Shown here piece by piece: positions 23,676-32,574 of a DNA stretch of 64,000 bases (position 1 is its first letter; each line of letters starts with the position of its first letter). Under the pieces are notes generated by a model. That model worked only from the letters and a program-made list of their open reading frames with translations. It did no database searches and was not told the origin of the DNA. The DNA is from Sulfolobales archaeon HS-7. GTDB taxonomy: Archaea; Thermoproteota; Thermoprotei_A; Sulfolobales; Sulfolobaceae. A program made the translations under genes and the position numbers. The stretch is from positions 864,001 to 928,000 of the forward strand of contig AP024596.1 of NCBI GenBank assembly GCA_019704295.1, in the 5' to 3' direction.

Positions 23676-24521
23676 TTAAAGAAGCTTCTTTATGTCAAAG
23701 GGCGTTTGAGCCACACTTATATCGGCTTCCTTAAACGCTGTTACCTTGCTCTGGAAACTTCCCATTCCCATATAAACTACAGCACCAGCATGACCCATTC
23801 TTTTTTCCCGAGGCGCAGTGAGACCAGCTATGTAAGCAACTATTTTCTTCTTAATCTTACCTCTCTTAACTAGAGACGCAAGTCGTTCCTCGGACGTACC
23901 TCCAATTTCTCCTATTACTACTATTTTTTCGGTTTCAGGATCTTCCTCAAATGCTAATGCAGCATCGACCAGATCTGTACCTATTATAGGATCTCCTCCT
24001 ACTCCTATTACCGTAGACTGACCTATATGTTTCAAGTCGTTCGCTACCTCATAAGTTAATGTACCAGATCTGGAAGCTATACCTATTTTCCCTTTTTTGA
24101 ATGCCCTTGGTGGCATTATTCCTAAACTTATTTGTTCTGGTACCATAATTCCAGGACAGTTCGGTCCGATAATACGTGCACCTTTATTCTTTGCATATTT
24201 AACAAATCTCATTGTATCAAGTACAGGAATATGTTCTGTTATTACAACTACTAAATTAATCCCGGAATCAAGCGCTTCGTAAACCGCATCAGCAGCAAAT
24301 TTTCCAGGTACAAACACAATGCTTGCCTCTATGTTATGTTCCTTTACTGCATCTGCAACGTTGTCGTACACTGGGATACCTTCTATCTCGGTGCCGCCTT
24401 TTCCTGGTGTAACGCCAGCAACTACTTTAGTACCGTAATTTCGCATTTGCTTTGCATGAAAAGAACCTTCTTTACCTGTTATACCTTGAACTAAAACTTT
24501 TGTATCTTTATTTACGAACGT
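23676..24521 (-). CDS. sucD: Succinyl-CoA synthetase alpha subunit (proposed ACG start at 24521; first ATG is at 24446)
   Basis: [23 protein letters not shown]; frame open upstream through [18 protein letters not shown] to ACG, with a TGA three codons further upstream. Confidence 0.93.
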   Translation of the reverse strand, partial: TFVNKDTKVLVQGITGKEGSFHAKQMRNYGTKVVAGVTPGKGGTEIEGIPVYDNVADAVKEHNIEASIVFVPGKFAADAVYEALDSGINLVVVITEHIPVLDTMRFVKYAKNKGARIIGPNCPGIMVPEQISLGIMPPRAFKKGKIGIASRSGTLTYEVANDLKHIGQSTVIGVGGDPIIGTDLVDAALAFEEDPETEKIVVIGEIGGTSEERLASLVKRGKIKKKIVAYIAGLTAPREKRMGHAGAVVYMGMGSFQSKVTAFKEADISVAQTPFDIKKLL

Positions 24522-25522
24522 ATCGCATCACCTATTGCCTGAAGAGGATCTTCATATGCCTTTATCCCATTTTCTATAAGTATTTTCCTTCCTTCCTCTT
24601 CATTAGTTCCTACTAATCTAACAAATATAGGTTTCCTAACCTCCTTGTAAGCCTCAACTATACCTCGGGCTACTTCATCACACCGGGTAATACCCCCAAA
24701 TATATTTACAACTAGTTTCTTCACTTTCTCATTACTCGCTACCCTGATTATACTCTCTTTTACATGTTCTTTATTAGCTCCTCCTCCTACATCGAGGAAG
24801 TCCGCAGGTTCTCCTCCTGCCAATTTCACCAGATCCATCGTTGACATAGTCAAACCAGCACCATTCCCTATAATTCCAACATATCCTTCTAATTCAACAT
24901 ATCCATCTGATACATTCTCTCTATTGAATTCGCGGAGAATGTCAGGATGTCTATATAAAGCGTTATCTTCCAATATTACCTTAGAATCTAGAGCAACAGG
25001 TCCCCTATCCGTAATAGCCAAGGGATTTATCTCTACTAGTTCTGCCTCGTAAGTTAGGAGAAGATTGTATATACCTTTTACTATTTTATCTAGGCCATTT
25101 ACGCCGAGGTACTTCTCTATCATAGTTACATCGTATGGTCTTACACCTCGTTCTTCAGGAATCTCAAATATTTTTACATTAGTCGCCGACTCTACGTCTA
25201 TTCCTCCTTCAGGGGAGGCAATAATTATGGGCTCTTTCTTATCCCTATCTATCATAGCTGAGATATATACTTCCTTACTATGTGGGATGAATTCCTCGAC
25301 AAGGAAGAGATTATAACCCATTTTCTTAAACTCGCTTATTGTTGTTGCTACATTCTCAGTTACTTTAACGAGGCCTCTTTTCCCTCTCCCTCCCTCTAAC
25401 AGTTGGACTTTTACGACAGCCTTTCCCTCCCATTGTAATGGTTCGCTAATTACCTTACCGTTGGGTATCGGTATTTCCGCTTTAGAAAACAGCCTTTTCC
25501 CTTCATATTCGTATAGTTTCAT
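24512..25522 (-). CDS. sucC: Succinyl-CoA synthetase beta subunit
   Basis: [37 protein letters not shown]. Confidence 0.97.
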   Translation of the reverse strand: MKLYEYEGKRLFSKAEIPIPNGKVISEPLQWEGKAVVKVQLLEGGRGKRGLVKVTENVATTISEFKKMGYNLFLVEEFIPHSKEVYISAMIDRDKKEPIIIASPEGGIDVESATNVKIFEIPEERGVRPYDVTMIEKYLGVNGLDKIVKGIYNLLLTYEAELVEINPLAITDRGPVALDSKVILEDNALYRHPDILREFNRENVSDGYVELEGYVGIIGNGAGLTMSTMDLVKLAGGEPADFLDVGGGANKEHVKESIIRVASNEKVKKLVVNIFGGITRCDEVARGIVEAYKEVRKPIFVRLVGTNEEEGRKILIENGIKAYEDPLQAIGDAIRS

Positions 25523-25705
25523 ATTTCACCAATGCACTTTGAGTTTTAATTATTAAGGTGTAATTAAGTCGTGACAATGAGACCAATTCAGAAGCAGGGA
25601 GTTCTCCTCATTCTAGTTAAAAGTAAGATTTTTAGAATATTTTTGATGAATAACACTCCATTATAAATAAGATGAGTTTATTAACGTTTATTCATTGATA
25701 ATTGC

Positions 25706-26347
25706 ATGGACGCTAGTATTGCTACGTTAAATATTGAAGAATATCTACAGAAAATACAAGACATGTTATTAGACGAGATTAGGTTTTATTATACAGCTCT
25801 AGTAGATGGGGCATCAATCACCCCAGAAATAATGTATAGTAAAATAAACTCACTAAAGGACCAAATAGAAGAGGAGAAGTACAAACTCAGTGAGTATATT
25901 GCTAAACTCAATCCAGCGCTTGTGGAGAAGGATTTTTACATAAGTATTCTTTCTTCTATGGAGAAAATAGCTCAAAATATAGACTCCGCAGCTTATAGAA
26001 TGTATACAATACTCAGTAAAGGCCTAAAGATTGATAATGTCTCTTTTAACCTAACAGAGAAAATACTAGAAAGGTTAATTGCAGGGGCGAACGATATAGC
26101 ACAAGCTCTAAGGTCACTCTCTCTTACTAACGGGAAAGCTGGGGAATATTGTAGGGCAGTAATCAAGGTTGAAGAGGAAATTGACGAACTTTATAGAAAA
26201 TTAGAATTAATATTGTTCGAAAAGGGGGAGGACAATATCGTGTATTTGATGCTTATGAAAGAGTTAGTGGACAGATTAGAAGATAGTGCAGATCTAGAAA
26301 AAGAAATAGCAGACAATATTACTTATATATCACTTCAACGTGTGTAA
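25706..26347 (+). CDS. DUF47 / PhoU-like phosphate transport regulator
   Basis: All-helical with EEEIDELYR and ELVDRLEDSAD motifs. Confidence 0.75.
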   Translation: MDASIATLNIEEYLQKIQDMLLDEIRFYYTALVDGASITPEIMYSKINSLKDQIEEEKYKLSEYIAKLNPALVEKDFYISILSSMEKIAQNIDSAAYRMYTILSKGLKIDNVSFNLTEKILERLIAGANDIAQALRSLSLTNGKAGEYCRAVIKVEEEIDELYRKLELILFEKGEDNIVYLMLMKELVDRLEDSADLEKEIADNITYISLQRV

Positions 26348-26357
26348 CGATTCTTGT

Positions 26358-26945
26358 CTATGTTAATGTCTCTTCATTTACTTTTCCTGTAATGTCAATT
26401 GTTAGGACATCTATTCCGTCCCCAGAAGTTATATCCCTTTCAATAGCAGCCCTTACGCTTTTTATAGCAAGCTCTTTTGCTTTGTTTACGTCAAGGGAAG
26501 AAGAATATTCCGACTCTAGGATGCCTATCGACACTTTTGCTCCAGAACCAACTGCAGCAAAGTTATCCGGTATTAACGAACCGACCGGATCAAGTATATA
26601 TATTGCAGGTCCTACCTCATCAACTCCCCCGAATATTAATTCGGATATAAACGGAGTATACTTATAATTGTATAGTATTACTGATAGTAGTTTAGCCGCT
26701 GCCTTCACAGAAATTTCTCTCCCATTTTCTAGTTTATATCTGTTTATCTCGGACCGCATTATTCGCGATAACGTTTGAAAATCTCCAAAGAGTCCAACTC
26801 CCGCTATACCAAAATTGTTAATTCGAATAACCTTCTTCACGCCCCTACTTAATACATATCCTCCATAGCTCAATCTTCGTTCAGACGCTAATACTACACC
26901 GTCAGTGGCCTTTATTCCTACTGCCGTTGAAGGAAGTTCCTCCAT
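26358..26945 (-). CDS. psmB: Proteasome beta subunit (non-canonical paralogue lacking the G/TT processing site)
   Basis: [30 protein letters not shown]. Confidence 0.93.
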   Translation of the reverse strand: MEELPSTAVGIKATDGVVLASERRLSYGGYVLSRGVKKVIRINNFGIAGVGLFGDFQTLSRIMRSEINRYKLENGREISVKAAAKLLSVILYNYKYTPFISELIFGGVDEVGPAIYILDPVGSLIPDNFAAVGSGAKVSIGILESEYSSSLDVNKAKELAIKSVRAAIERDITSGDGIDVLTIDITGKVNEETLT

Positions 26946-27025
26946 TTACGAATATACACCAATATTAATTAACTTCTTACGATTATATATCTACTGACCA
27001 TTTCTCCCTTGCAAGTCACTGTTGT

Positions 27026-27661
27026 TTAATGTAAGAAAAGCCATAAAACTAATGCAGAGAATAGGGGTATAGTAATATTATCATCTATTTTAGGCAAAAT
27101 TTCCGCAAAGGTAGCTATAATTGCGGATAATATTCCTAAAAGTCCTAAATAAATGTAGCCTATAACAGATGAGACTATAAGCATGCCTACGGTTCCCCAT
27201 AATCCTTTTACTCTCTTCTTATAGATGTAATTTCTAAGTATTCCAGTCACTCCATCTCCAAACGACATATACATTAAAGGGACGATGGCAACCCATATCT
27301 CCGGCCTCATATTCCAATATTGGTGATTTTGGATCCACAGAACTAGAGGGAGAGTACCAAAAGATAAGGTAAAGAAAATCTCTCCGTAGTTACCCTTTTC
27401 CTGAAACCAATAGAAACCTTTTCTGCCTAATCTAGAGACTAGCAAGACAATAGTAAGCAAGTACGACATTATTATTATTATAAGGGGGGTAGAGAAAACG
27501 AACGGCGCTAGAGTTGCAACTACCCCCCCTCCTAACATGTGAATAATTTTCCTTGATACATACTTATTAGTTCTTTTTTCAACAATCCTTGATATAAAAA
27601 GGGTTACAACGGTAACCCATACTGTTAAAATGATGCCCCACACGATGTTACCAAAAATCAT
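27026..27661 (-). CDS. Cytidylyltransferase-family membrane protein (dolichol/phytol kinase-like)
   Basis: RKIIHMLGGG, SFGDGVTG, DDNITIP; multi-TM. Confidence 0.75.
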   Translation of the reverse strand: MIFGNIVWGIILTVWVTVVTLFISRIVEKRTNKYVSRKIIHMLGGGVVATLAPFVFSTPLIIIIMSYLLTIVLLVSRLGRKGFYWFQEKGNYGEIFFTLSFGTLPLVLWIQNHQYWNMRPEIWVAIVPLMYMSFGDGVTGILRNYIYKKRVKGLWGTVGMLIVSSVIGYIYLGLLGILSAIIATFAEILPKIDDNITIPLFSALVLWLFLH

Positions 27662-27818
27662 CTTTATGATTCTACCTACATCGAATTTAAGCTAATCGCC
27701 CGTTACGTACAGAGTTATAAAATTGGGAGGTTCCAAATAGAAAACCATATATTTATGGTGAAGATGAAATAATCCCTTATAGTTAAGTTACGAAAAAGAG
27801 ACGCGTATTACAGTGAAA

Positions 27819-28130
27819 GTCATCGATGCATATGCGACGTCAAGGGACGTAAGCGAGAATCTACATGATAAGCCTTAGATCCGACCAGTAATCCCATCTG
27901 TGATACTAGGTTTAAGTTTGCTTCCGGGTCGCTGTGATCCTTATAGGCTGTGGTGTCTTCCTTTATTGACAAGGCGCAAATAAGGTGCAAGCACTCTACT
28001 ATGGGGATTGTTTACAAGTGCTAGAGTCAAAGATGCTAGGAGACTACAGCTCGATGAGGGATAATGAAGAAACCATGTATCGTCTAGAAATTAGAGAGAT
28101 TTGATACGCTGTAAATAATATTGTGTGGAG
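27819..28130 (+). pseudogene. Possible heavily decayed IS5-like transposase fragment
   Basis: Reads VIDAYATSRDVSENLHDKP*IRPVIP and later ..KMLGDY, reminiscent of the IS5 DxAYD..IxPVIP and KRxxGD blocks; broken frames. Confidence 0.3.
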
Positions 28131-28188
28131 AATGACTCTACCAATTCGGTAATAAATTAATTATCCTAATCTAATATTATCTAGATTA

Positions 28189-28788
28189 ATGCTTCACGTA
28201 CTATATGCGCTCTACATATTGATCGTTGCCGGACATTATACCTCACTTAATTATACAGAAACTCCAAACGGTTCGTATATAACTATTATTGACGCGAATA
28301 ACTCTGTAACGTTACCTCTCCCTATCCCCTTTGAGATATCGCCTAATGGGGAAAACTTAACTTATAAAAATGTGACACTTATTGCCAAACCTATACATCA
28401 AGTAGTAATAAACTTCAACGGAAGGAAAAGAGGAATGCTAATGGACGTTGTTCTCAGAACACCGCAATTTAGAGGTCTAAACTCATCTGTAATAAATGCT
28501 TCTGTTGTGGTGTTCGATAACGGTCTTATATACAATGCTACCGGGAATAATTTTAGTCTAGTATTAATAAAGACAGATTTTTTTACGAATACTATTAATT
28601 TAGATCCTATTTACTATGCTATTCTAATATCCTTAGCAACAATAATTGTTTTCTCATTATCTAAGTTTGGTATACGAAGGAAAAGCAAAAAAGAAGACTA
28701 TACCGATAGACCTCCTTATTGGGTCAGAGCCTCTACCTCTAACCCTCTCCCTCAAGCCGCTAACAAGGACTTTATAACTTCTTTATAA
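28189..28788 (+). CDS. Hypothetical membrane-anchored secreted protein
   Basis: Hydrophobic N-terminus, many NxS/T sequons, C-terminal TM plus basic tail; 37-nt convergent overlap with the next gene. Confidence 0.65.
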   Translation: MLHVLYALYILIVAGHYTSLNYTETPNGSYITIIDANNSVTLPLPIPFEISPNGENLTYKNVTLIAKPIHQVVINFNGRKRGMLMDVVLRTPQFRGLNSSVINASVVVFDNGLIYNATGNNFSLVLIKTDFFTNTINLDPIYYAILISLATIIVFSLSKFGIRRKSKKEDYTDRPPYWVRASTSNPLPQAANKDFITSL

Positions 28789-30560
28789 CTCTCTGGTAAG
28801 TAACTCTCTCCAAGGAGAATTATTGCAAGTTGATATGCCGGTAAACTTACTGAACTTCTCAATAGTCTTGAGTATTTCTCATATATCTCATTATCTATGT
28901 CTTTAAACCACTCGATTTGGTATAATATATTTTCAATTTCTTTCTTCTTTTTAATTAACATCCCTAAGTCTTTAACCTCTGCATCTATAATTTTTTTAAC
29001 GTCAATATTCATATATGTAGTTAAATCATTTATTCCCAGTGCCTTTGCTGCTATCGGACATAGTGAAACTTTAGCATCAGTCTTGACTTTGGGTAATCCA
29101 TGACCATTTATCATGTTTATGAACGCACCAGAGCAGTTTCTATCCCCGTCAACTTCTATAAGGCATCCAACATGTACTGTTTCCGCTATGTTTAAGTACG
29201 AATGAAGCAGCTTAACCTCTATGTTTCTACTTTCGAAGACATTTTTCAAGTAATGGTATTCTTCAGGAGTTAGGAAAACTGCAGTCGATACCTCCTTTGG
29301 TACCTGGAATTGAAATCCCTCACGTAACACCCTATTGAAATCTATATTAAGCATTAGTATTCCTACATCTTTGACCTTCTGTTGAATGAAAAGTAATCCC
29401 TTGAGAGCGTAGTCTTTTATAGAGAAAGAGAGAGGGGTAATAACTACTGATACGGGCTTTGGTATATATAACTCAGGTATAGGAGAAAGAGAGAGGTTAG
29501 GAGATATTGTCTTTCTTAGGATTCTGGTAATATCTATGTGGACCGGACAAACGTTATCACATATTCCACATAGATTACAAGTAGCCGTGTCTGGTGACGA
29601 CGATATAAAGAAGCCCATAGGAGTCATGCTCTTGTTATCAGTCTGCTGAAAACGAGGGCATATATTAACACATTTCCCACACATTATACACTCATTCATG
29701 ACAGAATCGTTGTCATCAGAGAATGGATATAGTATTCGAGTGTCAAGTTGTAAAGGCGCTATCGAATATAATGAGAAGTACATACTATTTTTTGAGAATC
29801 TAAAGAAGGCCTTATCAGCTTGAATCAACGAATCAAGCATGTTAATACCGATATTGAGCTCAACCCGACCAAAATACCTATAGTTATGTGGGAACTCAAT
29901 ATTCTCCACAGGATAGCTGGATATACTGCAGTTTTCGGTAAATTTACTCACTAATTTCTCTAGTTCATTAACATAAGTTAAATACAAAGTCAACCCTTCC
30001 TCATCCTTCACAACAGTCACATCTCTGAAGGGAGATATTGGGGAATATAGCTCCTTTAGTATTCTTTTGATATTCTCTAAGTCATTGTTGAGAGAAACAG
30101 TAACCAATTTTCTTTTCTCTTTCTTAATGATAACTGAGTATATTATCCCTCCGCTATACATTCCCTCATTAATTTCCCCGTTAGAGACCTCTTTGACCTT
30201 AACCCTTTTTGAAATACTAAAAAACTGATTATCTCCAAAGCAACCATCATTAAAGAAAACGCTGCCAGCTACCGAAAAGCTTTCATTACAAAAGATTTCT
30301 GGCGAAAACGCCCTAACTTCTCTCCAGGTAGTTCCTGCTAAAACTTCTATTTCATCGTCTTTTTCTAAAATTCCTTTAATGTTGGAGAGATCTAATATAA
30401 AATCCCCTTCGATCCCCCTGCTTAATTCGTATCTAGGTGTAGGACTCTGAAGTGAAGCCGTAATAATATCTGAAATATTCTTTGCCACGATTACTCTAGA
30501 AGGTGGGGGTACTCTCTTATTCCTTGCCACTGCTGAATAAACAATGTTATTGTTCCCCAT
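28752..30560 (-). CDS. Degenerate FAD-binding (PCMH-like) plus 2x[4Fe-4S] oxidoreductase-like protein
   Basis: DLSNIKGI..EVLAGTTW..SVAG (PCMH-like); CIMCGKCVNICP and CNLCGICDNVCP; C-terminal HVGC/CSG/LCP (CCG-like). Confidence 0.7.
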   Translation of the reverse strand: MGNNNIVYSAVARNKRVPPPSRVIVAKNISDIITASLQSPTPRYELSRGIEGDFILDLSNIKGILEKDDEIEVLAGTTWREVRAFSPEIFCNESFSVAGSVFFNDGCFGDNQFFSISKRVKVKEVSNGEINEGMYSGGIIYSVIIKKEKRKLVTVSLNNDLENIKRILKELYSPISPFRDVTVVKDEEGLTLYLTYVNELEKLVSKFTENCSISSYPVENIEFPHNYRYFGRVELNIGINMLDSLIQADKAFFRFSKNSMYFSLYSIAPLQLDTRILYPFSDDNDSVMNECIMCGKCVNICPRFQQTDNKSMTPMGFFISSSPDTATCNLCGICDNVCPVHIDITRILRKTISPNLSLSPIPELYIPKPVSVVITPLSFSIKDYALKGLLFIQQKVKDVGILMLNIDFNRVLREGFQFQVPKEVSTAVFLTPEEYHYLKNVFESRNIEVKLLHSYLNIAETVHVGCLIEVDGDRNCSGAFINMINGHGLPKVKTDAKVSLCPIAAKALGINDLTTYMNIDVKKIIDAEVKDLGMLIKKKKEIENILYQIEWFKDIDNEIYEKYSRLLRSSVSLPAYQLAIILLGESYLPESYKEVIKSLLAA

Positions 30561-30636
30561 AACTGAGCATAAGTTAACCGTTATACGATTTAAATATTTA
30601 AGTTAGAAATAAGAGTATGTTGTCCAAGTTCCATAA

Positions 30637-30684
30637 GTGATGACGTGACGGTTTTCTGACAGATGAGGAGCGTTCCCTGTCTGA
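30637..30684 (+). ncRNA. Box C/D methylation-guide sRNA
   Basis: C GTGATGA 30637-43; guide CGTGACGGTTTT; D' CTGA 30656-59; C' ATGAGGA 30663-69; guide GCGTTCCCTGT; D CTGA 30681-84. Confidence 0.88.
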
Positions 30685-30749
30685 TATTTAGGCTCGGCTT
30701 AGCAGATGCATACCTAAACTAATTACTTCGTGTATCATCCTGTAATCAG

Positions 30750-31032
30750 AAGAATTTTTGGTTAGTAAAACGAGTTAGAGGTTGGAAGACCCTCAGGCGT
30801 GGATAGTCCCTTATATTTGAACATAAGTTAACAGACCAGCTCTTAATAACAGTCACAGATGGGGTAAGCGTTGTCAAGAAGGGTAAGCAAGGGTTGATGT
30901 AGTACGCCTCAACTCTAATTAATGGTCGCTAGGGAACTAACTAAACATCACTTCGCAGCGTTTGTGAAGGCCCTTTACCCATAGCAAGGTGGGGAAGCGG
31001 AGAGCTCCATTTGTGAGGGTAGTAAAGTTCAC
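30750..31032 (+). mobile_element. Decayed IS200/IS605 (tnpB) 3' fragment and right end
   Basis: Ends gagctccatttgtgagggtagtaaagttcac, resembling IS605-type right ends (...GGGGTAGTTCAC); no intact ORF. Confidence 0.4.
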
Positions 31033-31125
31033 TATCCTTAGAAAAATTCCGTAAAGCATGGTAGGGACAGTCTTTACCAAAAAGAATTAACTTAATTAAC
31101 GAATTTCAGCAATATGAATCGCGCA

Positions 31126-31176
31126 ATGATGAGATGAACTCCGAACCGAGCTAATGAGGAACCGTGTGAGTTCTGA
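31126..31176 (+). ncRNA. Box C/D methylation-guide sRNA (antisense overlap with the 3' end of the SWIM gene)
   Basis: C ATGATGA 31126-32; guide GATGAACTCCGAA; D' CCGA 31146-49; C' ATGAGGA 31154-60; guide ACCGTGTGAGTT; D CTGA 31173-76. Confidence 0.85.
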
Positions 31177-31360
31177 GGTTACTTCTATATTTTAAATAGA
31201 GCTTAACCGCGTGAGAGCAGAAAGGTCGACCACATTCACATACACTGGAAATGAGTTTACCTTGATTGTCAATGGATATAACTACTCTTAGAGGTCTAGA
31301 TGAGCATCTAGCCGGAATATAACCTGTTATTGTCTTTTCCTCCATATAACAACTTCTCAT
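31151..31360 (-). CDS. Small SWIM zinc-finger protein (start could be ATG 31345)
   Basis: CECGRPFCSHAVKLY = CxC..CxH. Confidence 0.75.
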   Translation of the reverse strand: MRSCYMEEKTITGYIPARCSSRPLRVVISIDNQGKLISSVCECGRPFCSHAVKLYLKYRSNLRTHTVPH

Positions 31361-31632
31361 TTTAAATAATTGTTATACTCAATTTTAAACCTTTAGTGAA
31401 ATAATGTCCTAACTCTAAAACTCAATTTTTTTAACCAGCATTCTTAGAATTCTGGAACACATTTTCTTCTCTTTAACAGTACTATTATCTCAATTTTACT
31501 AAGAGTAAAACAATTTCTAAAATATGGGAAAATCTCGCTAGCACGACTAGAAATTAGCTAAATTTCCGTAAAACCGCTAAAGAGTCGAATTTTGTATCAG
31601 GAAAAAGTTGTTTAAGTAAGTTTTTACATGTA

Positions 31633-32190
31633 ACAGTGTCTAATGCGCAATAAATGTTAGTTAGTTTAAAAACTAAATTTTAGGATATGGGAATAACCCA
31701 CCCCACACTGTTCTATTAGGACAATAAGATAGGGGGATTACAAGAGGTGCTACACGCTCAGCCTCTAACATGCCTATGGGAATGACGGGTCCAGAATATT
31801 ATGCACGGTAACATCGTATTTCTTGACGTTCCTAGCCCTATGCAACTATGTTGTTTTCCCCTGTCACCTCATATGTTTAACTATCATAATACCGTATCTA
31901 TTTCTCGTCCTTAGTCCTACGTGCTTTCCCTTGTAAGATTAAACGGCTTTGTTAGCTTCTAAGCTTAAAATATGCAGGAATACCCTTAATAAACGTTGAA
32001 ATCATAACTAGAAAACTTTGTTTTTAGCCTTGATTATCAGAAATTACGAGATTATTTGCGACTCTATTTAATAAACTGATTTTATATTATTTCTCTTCTC
32101 ACAATTAAGCGAATTTAATTCTAGCCAAATATGTTCTATAATTTTCTAGTTTATCTAGTATATCAGATTTATTAAGGGTTGATACTATCT
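31633..32190 (+). mobile_element. Non-autonomous internally deleted copy of the IS982-like element (right boundary approximate)
   Basis: Left end ACAGTGTCTAATGCGCAATAAATG; aligns to 22492-22815, then jumps to the 23238-23490 equivalent. Confidence 0.72.
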
Positions 32191-32574
32191 TATGCTCCTT
32201 GCATTTACTTTTAAAATATAGATTTTGGTTAAATTCATTATATTATTATCCCTTTTAAGCTGACTTAGTCCTAATATTCTCTGTAGATAAGTCACGATAA
32301 TATCTTACAGGCGTAAGATTTGGTGAAACAACATTATCATGTTTTCGGAATTGTATCATTTTTAGTAAAATCGAGTAATTTACCGCTTATGATAACAACT
32401 TCTAACGTAATTTGCTTAAAACTCAGAAAGGTATTGGAGCGTGACGTTCAATCTTGAAGTTCTTTCTCAATGTCTGTAGGTATCTCTGTTGACGCAGATG
32501 CAGTAATTTCTATGCGCGACTAAGAGTAGTTGACTATGAGCGATAAGAATATATAGTCTAGTTATCCCTGCTAA

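Noticed and set aside
25588-25611. Minus-strand ATGAGGA-13 nt-CTGA upstream of sucC (half C/D motif)
   Set aside because: No second box pair on either side, so not a complete sRNA; an isolated K-loop cannot be excluded
31139-31145. D' guide end CUCCGAA complementary to UUCGGAG in the tRNA-Arg(UCG) anticodon loop
   Set aside because: Only 7 bp; too short for a credible C/D target
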